From a virus (Duplodnaviria; Heunggongvirae; Uroviricota; Caudoviricetes), in IMG/VR virus record IMGVR_UViG_3300022924_000017, positions 1 to 22,053 of that record: 22,053 nucleotides of DNA; one strand, given 5' to 3'. This document shows positions 21,282 through 22,053 of this stretch, piece by piece. The position numbers and the translations under genes are program-made. How positions within the stretch are numbered: the first letter of the stretch is position 1; the number at the start of each line of letters is the position of its first letter. The notes below the pieces were generated by a model. That model was given only the letters and a program-made list of their open reading frames with translations. It was not told the origin of the DNA and did no database searches.

Positions 21282-21664
21282 TAAGCTATAAAGATAAAGT
21301 CAAATTGATCCTTGTTGATGCAGATGGGTACAATGACAAGACCGTCGTTTTAAACCAAACGGTTAAATCATTGTTTCACCTCGGTGGCTCATACTCACAA
21401 ACAGCAAGCGCAGAAGAACATGCAGCCGACGCTCATGTGTACCTAAACCCGAAAGACCCAATCGTTCTCGCGAACGCCTACCGTCTCGAAGGTATGTACA
21501 TAGTCGCTAACATGTTCGGTGGTGACGAATCTGATGCATGGTACCGCATTGGTAGCGTCGTAGTGGGGCAACGAAAGTTACTCGCTAACAACGTAGACAA
21601 TGTGCACTGCTTCTTGAACAAAGTTCACGCTCTCGCAGACCTACCAGAACCAGAGGAATCATAA
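21278..21664 (+). CDS. head-closure/stopper protein (gp16-like), by synteny
   Basis: 128-aa beta-rich protein directly after the connector; ATGA coupling. Confidence 0.6.
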   Translation: MISYKDKVKLILVDADGYNDKTVVLNQTVKSLFHLGGSYSQTASAEEHAADAHVYLNPKDPIVLANAYRLEGMYIVANMFGGDESDAWYRIGSVVVGQRKLLANNVDNVHCFLNKVHALADLPEPEES

Positions 21665-21665
21665 T

Positions 21666-22031
21666 ATGCCGCTAGTGAAAAACATCAACGCGCAGGTTAT
21701 CGGTGATAGTATCGACAACCACTTCGGGGTAGCCCTCGTGCAGATCGCAGAAGCGGTCATACGAACAGCTGAACCGAATACGCCAAAGAAGACTGGTGCC
21801 CTACGTGACTCTGCACACCCAACACGAGCTGGCCAACGCCAAGTTTCAGTTGAGTGGTCAGAACCATACGCAGGTGACCAAGAAGAAGGTGTCGCATCAG
21901 ACGGAACCCCGATCCACAGGTACACAACTCCTGGTACGGGTAAAGACTTTGCGAAGAACGCTATCAACAAGGTGGCACGAGGTGACGAAGCTATGATTAT
22001 ACTAGACATAACAATGATGGACGCGATATGA
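21666..22031 (+). CDS. neck/tail-completion protein (HK97 gp10-like / minor capsid 2-like)
   Basis: TPKKTGALRDS...PYAGDQEEG...YTTPGTGKDF motifs and its position in the head-tail module. Confidence 0.7.
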   Translation: MPLVKNINAQVIGDSIDNHFGVALVQIAEAVIRTAEPNTPKKTGALRDSAHPTRAGQRQVSVEWSEPYAGDQEEGVASDGTPIHRYTTPGTGKDFAKNAINKVARGDEAMIILDITMMDAI

Positions 22032-22053
22032 CAGACCCAGTAACCGTATCAGA
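22028..22053 (+). CDS. 5' end of the next structural gene (probably tail terminator), truncated by the window
   Basis: ATGA overlap with the previous stop; reads MTDPVTVS... Confidence 0.4.

Noticed and set aside
1-22053. CRISPR array, tRNA genes, integrase/att site, diversity-generating retroelement
   Set aside because: I saw no regular repeat-spacer series, cloverleaf with T-loop, recombinase or reverse transcriptase motifs by eye. Dedicated scans (tRNAscan-SE, CRISPRCasFinder) were not run.

Overview
This is a 22-kb segment of a tailed dsDNA phage or prophage with an HK97-type head, read in the standard genetic code; the host cannot be assigned from sequence alone. (1) 1-8124, minus strand: a long early/accessory operon with a FtsK/SpoIIIE-type ATPase (runs off the window), an HNH endonuclease, many small acidic or Cys-rich hypotheticals, and a MoxR AAA+ ATPase next to a HExxH-peptidase/vWA protein. 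(2) 8125-11245: a gene-poor control region with several near-consensus sigma70/sigmaA promoters, two ~75%-identical basic paralogues, a stand-alone NUMOD4-like ORF, phased iteron-like repeats and a near-parS palindrome. (3) 11245-13577, minus strand: a regulatory operon with a ribbon-helix-helix gene, three Mor/sigma4-like HTH genes (four HTH motifs) and a membrane protein. (4) 13616-13778: a promoter-to-terminator unit with no ORF, a candidate ~125-nt sRNA carrying CCUCCUU. (5) 13852-22053: portal, then an inverted block of eight small genes, then one ORF fusing prohead protease, acidic scaffold and major capsid with two internal SD+ATG starts, then head-tail joining genes. No terminase, integrase, tRNA or CRISPR array is visible. 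The most notable observations are a C4HC3 PHD-finger-spaced protein ending in an SSB-like DDSLPF tail, six apparently leaderless genes, two candidate sRNAs, and a shared AAAACCTA element upstream of the -35 in five promoters.
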